The position numbers were made by a program, and so were the translations under genes. The notes under the pieces were generated by a model, which did not search any database, had not been told where the DNA came from, and worked only from the letters and a program-made list of their open reading frames with translations. From Octopus bimaculoides (Eukaryota), in the NCBI RefSeq assembly GCF_001194135.2, contig NC_068982.1, forward strand, positions 14,587,241-14,623,656: a DNA stretch of 36,416 bases. The letters run 5' to 3'. Shown piece by piece: positions 33,269 through 36,416 of the stretch. Position 1 is the stretch's first letter. Every line of letters begins with the position of its first letter.

Positions 33269-33742
33269 GTTCAGTAGTTTTATTTTTATAACGTGCTTTC
33301 ACTTCACTACCGAGCGCAGCTCTGTGCGCCTTGGGTATGTGCTGTGGTTTGCTGTGGTGCTCTTATGTTTACTGTATTGAAAGTGTTTTGCGTAGAATGT
33401 GTGCAGTGCCCAGTAGTGCAATTTTCTGTATGTTATATATATTTGTAAGTCCTGGTGTTTTTATTATGTATTTGTCTGAATATTTTTTATTATACCTAAG
33501 GCACCTACTATGATAGGAATTGTTTCTGTTTTTAGATTCCACATTCGAGTTATCTCTATTTCCAGGTCTTTGTATTTTGAAAGTTTTTCCATTTCTTTTA
33601 GAGAAACGTTGTCATCTGCTGGTATTGATACATCAATTAGAAAGCATTTTTTTTCTTCATGATCTTTGACAACTATATCTGGTCTATTTGCCTTAATTTC
33701 TCTATCTGTGTGTATTGGCATATCCCAGAGTATGGTTGCTTT
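33269..33742 (-). mobile_element. R4/Dong-like RLE 3' fragment, copy E (third family)
   Basis: KATILWDMPIHTDREIKANRPDIVVKDHEEKKCFLIDVSIPADDNVSLKEMEKLSKYKDLEIEITRMWNLKTETIPIIVGALGII / (frameshift) KYSDKYIIKTPGLTNIYNIQKIALLGTAHILRKTLSIQ*. The RPD...D..IP motif is intact; (ATT)n lies on both sides. Confidence 0.9.
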
Positions 33743-34479
33743 ATTATTATTATTATTATTAATGATCCTTTCTACTGGAAGCACAAGGTCTCAAATTTGG
33801 GGGAAGGAAAGGATGAAAGGCAAAGTCAACACTGTTATAGAATTCAGAAATTACTAGTCACTCATACTAAAATATTTATAACGTTAAGAGAAAATGATGT
33901 CTTAATAGAAAGGTTGTACTGTTACAAAAATAATAGTTCTAAATTTATACATTGCTTCTTTTACCCAACACCTTCAAAGCAAAACTAATTTGTAGAAAAT
34001 ATCCTTAAAAAAAGAGAGAAAGTGGGAAGAGAAGAGAAAGAAAAGTCTAGGAATTTTCTTCCCATCTGACTCATTACATTCACTTGTAACTAACCTGAAA
34101 TCAACAAAGTGTAACTGTAGATAAATGGCAATGTTAATGTGAGACAACTAAAGCCATTTTCTGCTTCACTAGTTTTGTTTTGTTGTTAGTTATTTTCTTT
34201 TTAAGGTGAGGTTAAATGTTGCAATCTCCTAAATACAAAATTGCTCCCATTCTTCTCTAATAAATCTGATATCCTATTTTTAGAAACATCCCATATTAAT
34301 ACTTGTCAAATTAAATTACGTTTAGAAGAATTCTTGGGGAAGATGATGTGTAAAAAAAAAAATTCATTGAGAAGCAAAAATGTATACATTCTAGGATTTT
34401 GAGAAACATCCTGAGCAGTTGATGAAATAACAATCCCAGTTACTATCATTAAATATAGGTATGGATATGAATTCCATTC

Positions 34480-34810
34480 CATCACCATCATATTCATACG
34501 TTTCCATGCTGGCATGGGTTGGATGGTTCATTAGGAGCTGGGAAGCTGGAAGGCTGTAACAGGCACCAGTCATCTGTTTTGGCATTGTTTCTATGGCTGA
34601 ATGTCCTTCCTAACAACAACCTCTTTACAGTGTATAGTAATTTGAACTTAGAACGTAGCAGCAGACGAAATACCGCTAAGTATTTCGCCCAGCGTGCTAA
34701 CGTTTCTGCCAGCTCGCTGCCTTGTGGAATTTGAACTCAGAATGTAGCAGTAGACGAAATACCACTAAGCATTTCACCTGGCGTGCTAAAGATTCTGCCA
34801 GCTCGCCACT
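34480..34810 (-). mobile_element. Diverged family D 3' end (34480-34630) followed by two tandem SINE family A heads (34640-34810)
   Basis: tttccatgctggcatgggttgg..., then two copies of aatttgaact.agaa.gtagcag.agacgaaatacc.ctaag.attc.cc.g.cgtgctaa. Confidence 0.75.
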
Positions 34811-35361
34811 ATATCTAGAGCCAAAATATTGGCTAAAATACAGAGCTAAAATACTCTATTCACCCTGAGTTTAATGCATAACAACTTTACTATAATAAGA
34901 GCAGAAATTAATATTATCAAATAATATCAATTTCAACCAGTGGTCAGCAAACTTAAAAATGTCCGAGGGACGTGAATTCTATTTGAGAACACAGATGTAG
35001 TGGTAAGACGGTTTGACATCTATTTTTAGCATACAAGGGATCCACGTAGTGATCTCTCATATTGTTTCTATTTAACTTTACTATACTTGACCAGTATTTC
35101 CGAAGTAGCCAGTTATCTTACTATCAAATGGTGTCTTAACTTTAGCCTTTAAAATATCAGTTATCAGAACAATGAAATATGCAATCATTTCTTCTGCTTT
35201 TCTTTTCTTTTTTTCTGTTTTCCTTTTCTTTCTTTCTTTTTTTTTATATATATATATATTGTTGATTATTACAATTGGTTCATTGAGATTATTACTTGAT
35301 ATGAAGGATTTAATAATGATTGTTCAACATTAGTCAATGAGATCAAAGTCAAGATAATAAA

Positions 35362-35393
<32 letters not shown>

Positions 35394-35746
35394 CAATAAT
35401 AATAATAATAATGATGATGATGATGATGACGATGATGACGATGATGACGATGATGATGAGAAGGAGGAGGAGGAAGAGAAGAAGGAGAAGAAGAAACAAC
35501 AAGCAGGAGGGGAGGGGAGGAGGTAGAGAAGAAGGAGAATAGGAATTATTTCTGATTCTGGTACAAGGCCAACAGTTTTGAGGGTAGGAGGCAAACCAAT
35601 TACATTGACCCCAGAACTCGACTGTAACCTAATTTTGTTAACACTGAAAAGATAAAAAGCAATGATAACCTTGACAGATTTTGAAATCAGAACATAATGA
35701 TAATGATAATAACAACAACAACAACAACAATAATAATAATAATAAT

Positions 35747-36200
35747 GCAGTACCAAGCAGTGGCTCTCATGGCTTCTGATCTTAATTGATTGGAAGCGTT
35801 ATCATGTACATCGTTTTGTCTTGGTACAAAAGATGGTCTACAGCAAATATTCTGCTTAATAGCACAGATTTGCTTGTCAGTTGTTTGACCTTAACCAGTT
35901 GAGCATGTCCCTTGGTGGCTGACGATATGTGCATCTCTGTTCACGTGCAGAAGTAGTGGGGGAGCATCATAGCCATGTGTTGAGAGGAATTCTTTGGGGT
36001 TTGAATTATTCAACTTTGGAAACATGGGTGTTTCGTTCAGTATCCTTAAACAAACTTTATTCAGGGACCTTTTGAGTGGGATAGGCTACTCAACCTGAAG
36101 AAAATTCTAACTGGCCCCCACCTGCAAGGATGCACTGTTTATCTTGATATGAGATCACCATGTCATGCACATATGGTTGTGATGCATGTACCTGGTGCAT
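35747..36200 (+). mobile_element. Family F interspersed repeat, starting in (AAT)n and interrupted by a family D insertion
   Basis: It begins after (aat)n. Its last ~45 bp match 16280-16322, and it is cut at 36200 by the (cat)n tail of family D. Confidence 0.6.
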
Positions 36201-36416
36201 ATCATCATCATCATCGTCATCGTTTAACGTCCGCTTTCCATGCTAGCATGGGTTGGACGATTTGACTGAGGACTGGTGAAACCGGATGGCAACACCAGGC
36301 TCCAATCTAATTTGGCAGAGTTTCTACAGCTGGATGCCCTTCCTAACGCCAACCACTCAGAGAGTGTAGTGGGTGCTTTTACGTGTCACCCGCACGAAAA
36401 CAGCCACGCTCGAAAT
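36201..36416 (-). mobile_element. Family D (RTE-type) 3' end, young copy; runs off the window
   Basis: 36222-36370 is identical by eye to 3381-3529. Confidence 0.88.

Overview
Eukaryotic (animal) genomic DNA, AT-rich, microsatellite-dense and dominated by retroposons. The repeat families look like those of octopus (coleoid cephalopod) genomes; this is an inference from memory, not a database result. There is no prokaryotic system here, and almost every ORF in the supplied track is a microsatellite or N-gap artefact. One real host gene is supported: the last two coding exons (24053-23874 and 20272-20101, minus strand, canonical GT-AG, phases compatible) of an F-box/LRR-like protein whose upstream exons are not visible. 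The rest is transposon debris: an RTE-type LINE ORF2 fragment and many (CAT)n-tailed RTE-type 3' ends, at least three tRNA-derived SINE families, five R4/Dong-like restriction-like-endonuclease (RLE) fragments all embedded in (AAT)n tracts, a CRE-like fragment, Tc1 and mariner remnants, and several MITEs. The most interesting observation is a tRNA-headed (Pol III) SINE-like element at 18105-18411 carrying a Penelope-type minimal hammerhead ribozyme motif. Also notable are a Merlin-type MITE (8-bp TSD) built around a head-to-head telomeric-repeat palindrome, the stack of (AAT)n-targeting elements at 16.3-17.7 kb, and a tandemly duplicated PBX-HOX/MEIS-like motif module. Repeat boundaries were read by eye and are approximate unless a TSD or splice site is cited.
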